Part shown: positions 12,723-27,621 of the stretch, piece by piece
Position numbering within the stretch: position 1 is the stretch's first letter
Layout: each line of letters starts with the position of its first letter
DNA from: the human T2T-CHM13v2.0 reference genome, Homo sapiens
NCBI RefSeq assembly: GCF_009914755.1
Contig: NC_060925.1
DNA length: 64,000 nucleotides
Direction: 5' to 3' (one strand)
Notes under the pieces: generated by a model
The model's input: only the letters and a program-made list of their open reading frames with translations
Told to the model about the DNA's origin: nothing
The model's database searches: none
Translations under genes and position numbers: made by a program

Positions 12723-13357
12723 CCTGTTAGGAAGTTAATATGGAGGTTGACTTACTAACCTCCACATTCTGGACACATGCTTCCCCCTCTTGGCCCTGAG
12801 CTGGGAGAGATTCTAACAAACTTAATTTCCCCAGAGAATTGGGGACCTGAGTCACCCCTCCAGAAAGTGGCACTTACATATAAAAGGACCAAGCTGAGCA
12901 GAGTAATGCTCAGCCTGAGGACTGACTGATGGTGACAGTGAGGTCCTGTGGGCAGGGAAGACCCATCCTGGGCATTCTCAAATCCTAGCCCAGAGGTAAC
13001 GCCCTGGATGGGTCACCTATGTGGCAGTAACAGCAGCTGCCATTTTTTGCACACCTACTGTGTGCCAGGCGCTTTCCCTCCATGACCCCAGCCCTCACAG
13101 CAACCCTGCAAAGCCAGATTATGATGCTATTTTTCCAGACAGAAACAAAACAGAGACAAATCTGTCTTCTGATCCTGGGTTCCTCTCCACCAAGACCAGC
13201 GTTTTTCAAGCTGCAGGTTGTGACCCATGAGCGGGATGTGGAGTCAATGTAGGGGGCCCTGAGCAATGTTTTTTAATGAAATCAAATGGGGTAGGAAAGA
13301 GAGGAGAAAATAATGCATAAAAGAGAAGACTTGTTTCACGAAACTTTTGTTTCAGTT

Positions 13358-13396
13358 GTATGTGTGTGTGCATGTGTGTGTGTGTGTGTGTGTGTG
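13358..13396 (+). repeat. (TG)n microsatellite
   Basis: Interrupted TG run. Confidence 0.9.
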
Positions 13397-13434
13397 CACG
13401 CGTGTGGTGTGCGGGGTCCCAATGTAGAATATAT

Positions 13435-13809
<375 letters not shown>

Positions 13810-14216
13810 TGATGCTAATGTGAAGTGGCTCCCTTTCTTCCTGGGAAGGGATGGGGTGACAGTGTGCTTTGAGCACTCAGAAGGGTGGGCTCAGGAGGCC
13901 ACAGGGTGAGATCACCCCTATTTAACAACTCCTCTGGGATGCGTAGAGTGAGAGAGGGCTCTAGCACCCAGCACTAGAGCTAAGAGCTCCTCCTACCCAG
14001 CAGGTTCAGGGTGGTCTTTATGTAACCTCCGTGTCCAGCTGGTTCTTGAGGAGATTTAGGAACCAGCCAAAGGCGTAGGCAGTCTCCAGGCAGCATGAGG
14101 GATATGGAGTAGGACTCTGGAGGCCCGGTTCACCCAACAAAAACCCTGGAACCAAAGCAAACCACACCTATGAGCCCCATTTTCCTCATCTGTGAAATGG
14201 AACAATGGCCTAGCTC

Positions 14217-14511
14217 AGCGCTCCCCAGTAGAAATATAATGTGAACCATAAATATTCTAGCAGCCACATAAACTTGTAAAATTAAACAGGTGTCGTTAAT
14301 TTAAATACTGTGTTATTTAACCCATCCATCCAAAATATTATCAATTCAACATGTAGTCAATACAAAAATCTATGAATGAGACTTTACATTGTTTTTTGCG
14401 TATGAAGTCCAGCGTGTATTTCATACCCGTAGCACATCTCAACTTGAGCTACTTACAGACCCAGGGCTCAATAGCATCTGTGGTTAGTGGCTACCAGATT
14501 GGGCAGTGCTG
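14217..14511. mobile_element. MER33/MER3-like hAT-Charlie element
   Basis: cagcgct...tagaaatataatgtga...tagtggctaccagattgggcagtgctg termini. Confidence 0.8.
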
Positions 14512-14699
14512 ATGTAGATAATGTCTAGGGTCTCCTCTAAAATGCTGTGGCTGGATTCCAAAGGCCAGGCTCGATTGCCCACACATTTGTTTCCTGCTAA
14601 ACCCTGAGACCCTGGCTGGTCCCAGCTGTAGAAAACCATTCAGGTGACACGTTTGGGGAGTTACTTCAAGTGACAATAAAATGGATCCTTGATTCTGAA

Positions 14700-15010
14700 T
14701 TGCTCAGACCTGGCTTACTGAGCTGTGTGCTCTAGGGAAGTCATCTTCTCAAGCCTCAGTTGTTCTATCTGTAAATTGGGAATAATAATAGCTAGCATTA
14801 CAAAGCACCTACTATGTGCCGGGCATTGTTCTACCACTTTTATGCGTATTAGTTCCTCATTCAGCATCTATCATTCCTCCTAATTTGTAGGAAGGAGCAT
14901 GGAGGCACAGAGAGGTTAAATAACTTGCCCAAGGTCACGCAGCAATTATGTGGTAGAGCTGGGATCCGAACCCAACTGCCTGGCTCTAGAGTCCCTGTGC
15001 TGAACCCCAG
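14700..15010. mobile_element. Two tail-to-tail MIR fragments
   Basis: Plus-strand core (gcctcagttgttctatctgtaaattggg) followed by minus-strand core (gaggcacagagaggttaaataacttgcccaaggtcac). Confidence 0.75.
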
Positions 15011-15193
15011 GTCCACACTGCCAGCCTGGGGTGGCCCTAATGACTGAGTTTAAGGCTGCCCTGAAAGTGCATGGCACGGCGTCGGGCAGGCAGGCAGGGA
15101 AGAAATTGTTGTTGCTGCTGCCCTCAAATGGGGCAAGAAAGGACGTGGGAAGAGCCCCCTGGGTGACTTCCAAACACCTGGGACACAGCACAG

Positions 15194-15420
15194 TTATAGC
15201 GGGGAGGGGACAGCCCCTGCTGAGCCTTCCTTGTCCCGCCCCCAGTCGGAAGCCGAGAGGGGAATTTGGCTGAGAAGGCATCTTCCTCATAGCTTAGATG
15301 CAGAGGGCTCTGGAGGCGGGTGATTCAGGGTCTGAAGTGCCTGGGGCTCCTGGCTCTGGGGCAGTGGGGTAGGCTGACAGGGGTGGCCCTGGTGAGAAAG
15401 GTGGGTGGGCCAGGAGCCAG
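15194..15420 (+). repeat. Source of the 227-bp direct duplication (copy at 16515-16741)
   Basis: About 10 mismatches in 227 bp by hand alignment. Confidence 0.95.
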
Positions 15421-15549
15421 ATGGGGGTGCCTCATCTAGGTCCCACCGCCAGCATCTTAGAGGGCGGAGGATGAAAGCAACCTGGGGGAGGGGCTCACCT
15501 GGGGGCCATCGCAGTAGCCAGGTCTTGGCAGGAGGAGGAGCTCGGCCAC

Positions 15550-16260
15550 CACTAACTCAAAATCAGACTCAAACTGGCCTCAACAATAAAGAGGGTTCTT
15601 TAGCTGAAAAGTCCAGAAGTGATTCTGCCTTTAGGTGAGACTGGACACAGCTGGTCTAAATATCACCAAGGGCCAGGTGTGATGGCTCACACCTGTAATC
15701 CCAGCTACTCAGGAGGCTGAGACTGGGTGGGAGGGGGTGGAGGGGGGATCGCTGGAGCCCAGGAGTTCAACACCAGCCTAGGCAACAGAGCAAGATCCGT
15801 CTTGACAAAAAATTTAAAAATTAGCCAGGCACTGCGGCTCATGCCTGTAGTCCCGGCTACTCAGGAAGCTGAGATGGGAGGATCACTGGAGCCCAGGAGT
15901 TCAAGGTTACAGTGAGCCGTGATCACACCACTGCACTCCAGCCCGGGTGACAAAGCAAGACCCTTTCTGAAAAAAATAAATAAATAAAATTTAAAAATAA
16001 AATAAAAATCACCCCAATCCACCCTTTTCCCCCATTTTTCCCCGGCCTGCTGCAGAGTTGGCTCCACTTCCGGCTGCAGAGTTCTGACCCCAGGCAGCTC
16101 CCAGGGCTATGAGCCTCCCTGTCCCCTCCAGCAGGAGAGAGAAGCTCTCACCTTAGCATCGCCAGCCCAAGGCCTGAGACTCACTCCGACCAGGGCTGGC
16201 TTTGGTCACACGTCCAACCCTGTGGCCAGAGGCATGGCATACACTGACTGGCTGTTTGGA
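15550..16260. mobile_element. Old MLT1 (J/K/L-like) LTR interrupted by an AluJ (AluJ ~15671-16007, +)
   Basis: actcaaactggcctcaacaataaagagg...ctgaaaagtccag; ttggtcacacgtccaaccctgtggccagaggcatgg. Confidence 0.6.
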
Positions 16261-16484
16261 TCACACGCTGTACCTGGTTCCCCACCGCCTTCTTGGGAAG
16301 GGGAGATGGGAAAGGGCAGATAGGGGCTCTGGGCAGGCAGTGAGCAGATGTCTGCCCATCGGCCTCTGGTTCCATGTCTGTCTGGCTGTGTGACCTGGGC
16401 AGTCTCCTCTCAGGCCTCGGTGGACTAGAGAAAATGCTTCTGACCTTTATTTTCGGTAAAGAACCCTGATGGTAAAGCTCCAAT

Positions 16485-16892
16485 GAGTAGGGAGGGATAG
16501 CATTTGGAGATATATTATAGCAGGGAGGGGACAGCCCTTGCTGAGCCTTCCTTGTCCCGCCCCCAGCCGGAAGCCGAGAGGGGAATTTGGCTGAGAAGGC
16601 ATCTTCCTCATAGCTCAGATGCAGAGGGCTCTGGAGGCGGGTGGTTCAGGGTCTGAAGTACCTGGGGCTCCTGGCTCTGGGGCAGTGGGGTAGGCTGACA
16701 GGAGTGGCCTCAGTGAGAAAGGTGGGTGGGCCAGGAGCCAGCAGGAGCTTCTCTCTCCTGCTGGAGGGGACAGGGAGGCTCATGACGAGTTACTGGGTGC
16801 AGCACACCAATATGGCACATGTATACATATGTAACTAACCTGCAAGTTGTGCACGTGTACCCTAAAACTTAAAGTATAATTTAAAAAAAAAA
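16485..16892 (+). mobile_element. 5'-truncated L1PA 3' end interrupted by a 269-bp locally templated insert (16515-16783)
   Basis: gggagggatagcatttggagatata | insert | atgacgagttactgggtgcagcacacc...gtaccctaaaacttaaagtataat-polyA. Confidence 0.92.
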
Positions 16893-17789
16893 GAAATCAA
16901 ATCCAAGTGGAGACGCCGTGGTTGACGTGGGGGTGAGGGTCCTGATCCCTGCTCCCTGCAGGGGACCCCAAGGGCCTCTGCTGCTCCCTCTGTCCCCAGA
17001 AGACATGGGTCACCAGAGTCAACATGGAGTCCAGCACAGTTGCCAGCACCCGATCTCGGCTGGTTAAACCAACCAGGCAACATCCAAGGAAATGCGACCT
17101 CAAGGTGGCAGCCCGACGGGCTTGTCATCAAGGAGAGAAGGGGATCCATAAACTCCACTCCCACCATCACCGCCACCCCTCAGCACCCTCAGCCTCCTCA
17201 GAAAGCCCCCGCCCCCGACCACAACCTCACAGCTGAAGTGGTGTGGGTGAGGGTGGTGAGGAAGTGGTGCCAGTCGGGGCAGCACAGTCGAAGCCATCAC
17301 CGCTGTGGGTGATCGGGCCAGAAACCAGGCTGGGGAAGACAGGGTGATAGCCATGAACAGAGCTGCCTTTGACTCCAGAGGACAATGCCCCCCCAGTGTC
17401 CCCTGAGGCTGGCCCTTGCTGTTGAGTCACTGTCTGCTCCCTCAGAGCGGTTTGGGCCAATGCTGAGTTATTTCAAAATAATAATAGACTAGCGATGCAG
17501 TCATAGAATAGAGAATAGAGAGGCGTGCAGGGTTGCGGCTCTGTTATATGAACTGACACTTACTGAGCCCCTGCTCGGTGTAAAGGCCGTACATGTACTG
17601 ACTCATCTCACCCTCACGACAGTGACGTGAGGTGGGACGTGAGTTATGCCTGACCTGCATGAGGCTCAGAGAGGCAACAGCACCTGCCCGAGCCACTCAG
17701 CTAGAAGTGGTAGGTGGACCCGGGTCTGTGCAACTCAAAGCCTGCAGTTGACACACTGCAGCCATTAATTTTGCAGAAGACGACACTAT

Positions 17790-18100
17790 TTGGTCACCAT
17801 CATCAAATCTTCCAAGGGTGGAATGGAAGAGAATTCCATGAGAATTCAGAGGACAGAACAATGTCTAACACGGGGGTGTGTCTGGGCAGCAGATTTCAAC
17901 TCGACCCAGGAAAGAACTTCGTGGCACTCCGAGGGCCAGGGCAGCCTGGTGGTGTGGAATGAGCCATCTATTACTGGAAGTGCCCAGGCAGGGGCTGAAG
18001 GTCATTTGGAACAATGTGGCGGGAATTTCCACACTGCTGAGGGTTGGACAAACAGCCTAAGAGCTTCCGTTTGGCTCTGAGGTGCTGGGATTTCAAGTTG
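17790..18100 (+). mobile_element. L3/CR1 3' fragment
   Basis: agatttcaactcgacccaggaaagaactt...actggaagtgcccaggcaggggctg. Confidence 0.55.
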
Positions 18101-18229
18101 ATTTATGTAATGGGCCCCCTGCCTGCAATCTCAGCCCCTCCAATCCACTCTCCATGCTGCAGACTGTAAGCTTTCCAAAACACCCCTCCAGCGTGCTGTC
18201 CCTGCAGAAGTCCTCGGGCGGCTCACCAC

Positions 18230-18786
18230 CTGTTCCAGTTACCACTGCTGGCTAACAACCCCTTCCAAAACTTAGTGACTTAAAACAACCACCTGACGCT
18301 CAGTCTGTGGGTCGGGAATTCAGATGACTCTGCTCCATGATGTCCTGGGAAGATTAGATGGGTAGGAGCTGGGGTTAACTGGAAGAGTCCTCTTCCCATC
18401 TGGCTGTCGATGATGGCATAGTCGGGACCACAGCAGGGCTGTTGGTTGGACACCTAGATACAGTCTCACCTGTGGCCTCTCTGCATGGATGGATTAGTTT
18501 GGGATTCCTCACTGCATGGTGGCCGGGTCCAAAGAGTGACTATCCCAAGACAGCAAGACAGAAAGGTATTTGTGTGACCTAAGCTTGGAGGTCACAGAGC
18601 ATCACACAAAAAGCGCCACCGTACACACAAAGTATCCATTATACACAAAGCTCCACCCAGGCTCAAGGGAAGGGGACAGACCCCAGTGCTGGATGGGCGG
18701 AGTGTCAAGGCCATTTTGCAAGAAGAGCAAGTGGAACAGTAGCCAGGGTTGCAGCCACATTTGGGAAATATAATCTACCTACCACA
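18230..18786 (-). mobile_element. MLT1 (E/F-like) LTR
   Basis: ccaaaacttagtgacttaaaacaacc...gaggtcacagagcatcac...tctacctaccaca. Confidence 0.75.
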
Positions 18787-19561
18787 TGTCACTCTTCAAA
18801 AGGGGTCCAAGCCATCACTCGACACAGCTGATGAGGCCCTGTTCACATCTCCAGCCTCCCTGGGTTTTGCACATGCTGTTCCTTCTGACCAGAAAACTTG
18901 TGCACACATCCCACCTCCACCCGCTTCACCTGGCCCACCTCTACTCACCCTTCAGGGCTCAACAGAGATATCGCCTCCTCGCCCAGGAAGCCTGCCCTGA
19001 CCCTGCCCACATCCAGCTGAGTGGGAGTCTCTCCAATCCATGACCACATTTGTCTCTTGGGATACGGTGGCTTCTCTACTGATTGGTCTCCAACAGACTG
19101 CAAGCCCCAAGGGCGTGGATAGGGTCTACCCCATCTACTGTGATATCCCTGGCACCTGGCCAAATGCCAGTCCCTTTCTGGGTCCTGCTGGCAGCCTCCT
19201 CCCACAAGAAGTCTTCCTGGATTGCACCTGAAAGCATTAGGTGTCTCTCCTGTGCTCCCACGGTGCCCCCACTCTACCCCAAGCAGGTGTTTGGGAATGC
19301 CTGGGGGAAGGGAAAAGCTCTTTTCCTCGTTCCCAAGCCAGAGCTTGTTACTGCAATGAAAGAAGCAACAAATTACCAGCCAGGCTTGGGGGCTAATGAT
19401 GGAAACCAAGGCATTGTTCTGGGTGCTGCTAATTGCATGCCTCCGCAGTGAGGCCCACTCAGCCTGCAGCATGTCACCGCTAACTTCTGCCCATAGCGCC
19501 AGGCCCAGCCTGGAAGGGGGCCAGACACAGAGTTTACTGGGGCAGGAGGGGTGTCCCTGGA

Positions 19562-19735
19562 GCAGTGGGTCCCAAAAGCGTGACTGCAGCTGCCTCTCCT
19601 GGAGGCCTATTACAAATACAGATTCCCAGGCCCTGCCCCAGAACCACTAAGTCTATATCTGAGGGGCTGAGTCTCCAGGGATAGGCATTCTTGACAAGCC
19701 CCCAAGGGGATTGTGAAGCCCAGCCTAGGCCTAGG
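19562..19735. mobile_element. MER5-like MITE
   Basis: aaatacagattcccaggccctgccccagaaccactaa...ttgacaagcccccaaggggatt. Confidence 0.7.
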
Positions 19736-20064
19736 GTTTCTGATCCCATCCCCACCCCAAAGCCAGACAGAGACCTTCCACACCTAGCCCAGCTCACCCC
19801 GACAATGTGGCAAGATTCAGAAAATGAACCTGTTTAGGGGAGAAGGGTGGAGATGACAGAAGCCTCACCCAGGAACAGAGGTCAGGTCTTCTCATGAGCT
19901 GAGAGACCCAGGTCAAGTTAGTGCACCTTTCTAAACATAGGTGGGTTTCCCAGGAAGCTGAGAGACCTCAAACTTCACAGTCTCTGCAAGGCCCTGGGAG
20001 GAGCCCTAGCAATGGGCTCACTTGCTTGGAGATTTGTGTACAATTTGTGAAAGTAAGATATCTT

Positions 20065-20985
<921 letters not shown>

Positions 20986-21946
20986 ACTTTTTTTTTAAGA
21001 AGAATTTTAAGGACCTCGAGTGGTTATTGTGAGAATAACCGAGCGAAATGTAAACAAAGCTGGCAGCACAGTGCCTAAAACCCCACCACGGAGAAAGCGC
21101 CCTGGGCAAGGGGCTTGATCCCCCTGCACCGCTGTTTTCTCATCCGTAAAATGCAGGTGCAACCATAGCTACCTCCTCACGTGGTTTGAGCATGAAATGA
21201 GCTAATACAGGTGACGCACCCAGCTCAGGGCTTGGCACAGGGCAAATGCCCTCCAAGTACTGACTACTGCAACTGTCACTGGCAAGGGAACATGGCTCCC
21301 ATCAATGAATAATTGTGGACAAGTGCAAGAGCCAGCGCATGAGTGACAGAACGCACGGCTTCTTGAGGCAGCCCAGCCTTCGAAGATTGCGTGGCAATGG
21401 GACACATGCTTTTGAAACTGTGTTTCCTGGAAATACTGGAAAGAGATAAGACCCTCTTTCGCCAAGCCGATTTAAGAACAGCCCTGCCAAGAAGCAGGGG
21501 AATGGATCCAATGAACCAGATTTGTTGCAAATCTGGGACAGAAGTAACAAGAATGGACTTGACCTTGGGCAGTGATTTCTGAGAAGGAGCCTGTTCTGAG
21601 GAAGGGGGTGGATGCCCAGATTAGAGGATGCTGGAAGGTTCGAGCAGGATGAGAGCTGGGATGGGAACAGCGCGACATCCAGTCCAAACTTCACTTCCTG
21701 TGCTGCAAGCAATTATGAATTAAAACAAAGCTGGAGGTGAGACCCTGGAAGGTGATGGGTGACCAGAGTCACCAATGCACATGACACTTCTATGGAGGAC
21801 CTCCTGGAGGAGGTTACTTCAGAGCAGGGAGAGAAGTTACAGGTCAGCAGAAAGAAACAGCAAGTCCAGCAGACGCAGGAAGCTCTGCAGTCATGCACTT
21901 AATTATGGACATTAGATGAGCACATACTACGTCGGAACTAGCCTAA

Positions 21947-22691
<745 letters not shown>

Positions 22692-23298
22692 AGAATTGTT
22701 TCTCTGCAACCATTGAACTGTAAATTGCCGACCTATTTTCTACCAACAAAAGCCTTTCCCTACACAACCGCAGTAAAACCATCAAATCAGGGAGCTAGCA
22801 CTGATCCATTCCTACCTTCCACTCCACAGACCTGGCGCCAGTTTTGCCAACTATCTCAACAATGCCTCGGTAGCAAAAGGACCCGGTTCAGTCTCCTGCG
22901 TTGCATGAAATTGTCAGGTCTCCTTCGGTCTGGAACAGTTACTCAGTACTTCCTTCACGGCCTTGACATTTTGAAGATTACAGATCACTTACTTCATCAA
23001 ATTGGGGTTTGGCTGGTGTTTCCTCGTGGTTAGATTCAGGTCATGCGTTTGTGGCAGGACTATCCTAAGTGGCAGTTATGGGGCGCTTTGGATCAGTTTC
23101 AATAAAGGTGATGTTAAATTTGATCACTTAAGGTGGTGTCTGCCAAGTTTCTCCACTGCAAAGTTATTCCTTCTCTCTTTGTAATTAATAAGTATTTTGT
23201 GAGAAGATACTCTGAGACTATGTCAATATCCCTTTTCTCATCAACTTCCAGTTTATTCACTTATTTATTTGTCGCAATACGGACCTGTGTTTTCTTAG

Positions 23299-23650
<352 letters not shown>

Positions 23651-24112
23651 ATTGTTTATTTTAATGCTCAGATCGACCCAGATTTGGCCAGTGGTTGCCC
23701 TTTCAAGTAGCTCCAGGGGCATTTTGACTTATCTCCATCATTCTTTGACCATGTCCTGAATTTCTGGCACAAAAAGATATTCCAGGCTCATTCTGCCCCT
23801 TCCCTGCCCCAGCCCTAGAATCAGCCATGGCTCCAAGGAAGCCTGATTCTTTAGTGGGGAACGGTATACAGAGGCCAACATCTGGGTGCCAGGTGTGCTC
23901 ACTGCTACTGGGGAGTTGCTGCTTCCAGTCCCTCTCAGTAGACAAGGCCATGGGGACCCCTAACCCCCACATCATTCAAGGGTCAACTGTACATATAGAC
24001 TGTACATATGTCCACACACACTCACATATGTGTATATGTATAGTAAATATCTAATATACACATTTGCATGTGTATATGTTTGTATTTATTGCTCTCTTAT
24101 ATTGAAAACCCT

Positions 24113-24449
<337 letters not shown>

Positions 24450-24514
24450 TCAAATTCCAGTCCAACAGCACGGGGCTCCTTTGCGTTTTCTCCCTCTCCA
24501 TATGTGTAACTCCG

Positions 24515-24645
24515 GCTCTGATGTGACATTCCAGCAGCTCTGATGTGACATTCCAGCAGCTCCAATGTGACATTCCAGCGGCTCTGATGTGACATTCCAG
24601 CGGCTCTGATGTGACATTCCAGCGGCTCTGATGTGACATTCCAGC
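24515..24645 (+). repeat. 22-bp tandem repeat x6 (GCTCTGATGTGACATTCCAGCR)
   Basis: Six near-identical units counted by hand. Confidence 0.95.
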
Positions 24646-24920
24646 TTCCTTTATGCTTCACGTATTTAATTTACCAATTCCCTCAATAGCCCCTTCTCCA
24701 TACACACACACACGTGCAGGGACACCCTCAACTCGGGCTTGGCCCTCCACGCCAGACCTCCTCCCCACCGGGTCACCTTCCATTCGTTGCCAGAGCTCAG
24801 GCATCCTCTGTGGGCCACTCCCCCACCTATGTGGACACCTTTCTAACCCCTCCATGGGTGACCTTCTCCCCAGCTCAGGCCCTGACCCCCCGACCAGCCA
24901 CTGTCCCCACTCAGACATGA

Positions 24921-25285
<365 letters not shown>

Positions 25286-27621
25286 CCTAAGCTCTTGATC
25301 GCCATGTTCTCTAAAACTGAGAATGAGCCCATTTTGTCTGCCAAGTGATTTTTTCCCAGCAGGAACATCAAGGGAATCAAGGGAGTTCTCAGCCTCAGCC
25401 TGGACTGATTCCCCTTGAGGGTGAAGGAAGGCACCCCCGCCTCTAGATCTTCCTTCCGCAGGGCTGCAGACCAGCCCCCAGCCCTCCTGCCGGCTCCTGG
25501 CCTCAGCAGGGCCCTCGTGCCTCCCTGATGGGGAACTCAGGAATTGGGAGGGATCCACCCGCCTATGGCAGGTGATAAAAACAGCTTGTCATGTTCACAG
25601 CGCTCTACAGTTTGCAAAGCCCTTGGTAGAGGTGCTGGGTCCTCACAACAGTCCTCCCAGGGCCAGATGAGTAAACACACTTTACAGTCAGTGAAACAGA
25701 GGCTCACAGTGGGGAAGAGACTTCATCCAAGTCCATATCATACAGCCCCTGGAGTCAGAGCTGAAAGCTCATCCAAGACAGACCGAGCCAGGCTCCACCC
25801 TTCACACACCCCTTCTGCCACCCCGCACCCTCTGCTTCCCTCTTTGGGGGATGGCTTAGCTCTGAAAGGCTCCTATCTCCCCTGAACCTCTCCTAAGGAC
25901 GCTCAGGTGTGTGGCTCTGGACCATGTGGGACCAGGTGGTTCCTTCCCTGCCCTTCAGCACTCACAGTCTGAAGCAGACATCCTGCGGGGGGCAGTTTGG
26001 TGCCCACACCCTCTCCTCCTAGAAGCCCGGCCACCCTCCCCTTTAACTGGGACCAGCAAACTAGGGGGTGAGTCTGCGTTGTGGGGGGTTAACTCATTTG
26101 TTTCACTGTCCCAGTGTCCCATTAGCACCCAGGTCAGACATCCTCTCTCAAACAGGTGGGCTCAGCCCATCCGAGTCTCACGAGAGACACCCAGCCCCAG
26201 CATAGGACAAGACCCCCAAGGTCAGCAGGAACTGGTGCCAGGGCCCGCCCGAGGGTAAGGGCGGCTCCCCAAGCCCAGCATTTGCAGCTCTTCTCAGGAC
26301 TCATGGCAGGCGGGGCTGGCCGGGAAGGAAGGCAGGCACCCTCATTAGCCCCACACGTGTACCACGTGGACCGGGCCCCTGAGCCACACAGCACTGCCTC
26401 GTGGGAGCCCCAGGGAAGCTGGGCTCTGCAGCTGGAGCGACTCCACTGGTCCAGGGGAGAGGCACCTGCAGTGAGTCAGCCGAGCTGAGCTCAGCACAGA
26501 ACTCCTTACCCGGCCCCGCCAGGGACGCCACTCCCCACAGTGGGAACAGCCTTTGTGCCCCCCAGATTCCACAGAAGGGGAACTGAGTCTTGGCTCTGCC
26601 AGGTATGTGGTGCCTCCCAAGGCAGCAGACCAGTGCCCATGAGGAGGGACTGCTGGGTGTTTCTGAAGCCTCTGCCCACCCCAGAAAACTATAGGGTCCC
26701 CCACCCTCCCCAGTGCATTCTTGAGGTTCGCAGCCCCTCTCCCCCAGGACAGAGGACAAGTCATGGGCAGCTGAGAGGCGACTGGGGACAGGACCTTGGC
26801 TTTGAGAGCCCTCTGTGGCCATGGTAAAGGCGGGGCAATGCACAAAGCGCCTTCTGCTGGAGGGTGGGCACACGTGAGCCAAGGGGCAGAGAACCACCTG
26901 GAAGGGTGAGGGGCTTGTGGAGAGGTCCCTGGGGGCGCTGGCCAGCTCAACACCTGCTCACCATGCTCCCCTCGTTACTCCCCATGTTGGGGCCTCAGCT
27001 TCCCCACCTGCAAAAGGCGTCTGTTGTTTTGGATCAGTGGTTTCTATGTTGTTCTCCAGGGAGCCTGGGAATTCTGCAAAAGCACCTCTGTGGCCCCTCT
27101 TGGGGGAGCGAGTGAGACAATGTCCCCAGGGCTGGACCTTGAGCAGCTCCGGGGGTGAGGCTTGGGAGGGGCTTCCGTTTAAGGAAATAACAGGATGTGA
27201 AAATTGAGAGGAGCCCAGGAGCCCCTCAGCGCTGCCGTTCCCTCCTCCCTTCCACTAACCTCTTTCAACAACCAGACGGCGCAGACCTGCTGTCCACAGG
27301 GTACTAGTCGGGCACTGGGGCATCTTCAGACATGACAGTCATGTGGTCCCCGCCCAGGATCATTGGGAAGGTATTGTGAACAGGTAGGGATAAGCCCAGG
27401 ACCAGGAGATGGGGCTGGGGACAGAAATGAGTTGATACCTGCCTCGGTTTCCCTAAAGTGCATGTCCTCAAAAGGTCAAAGATATAACGAACCGTGAGGC
27501 TGCCGAGAGAAAAATCCTCAAGGTTATATCTACTTCAATACCAGGGCTACAAGGAAAACAGTTTTTTGTTCTATCCTTGGGGATCTCAGGTCACCAGGAT
27601 CTGATACTTAAAGGATAATTA

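Noticed and set aside
24515-24645. Regularly spaced direct repeats (also 47933-48097 and 32033-32568) superficially like CRISPR arrays
   Set aside because: Head-to-tail units without unique spacers, no cas genes, mammalian DNA
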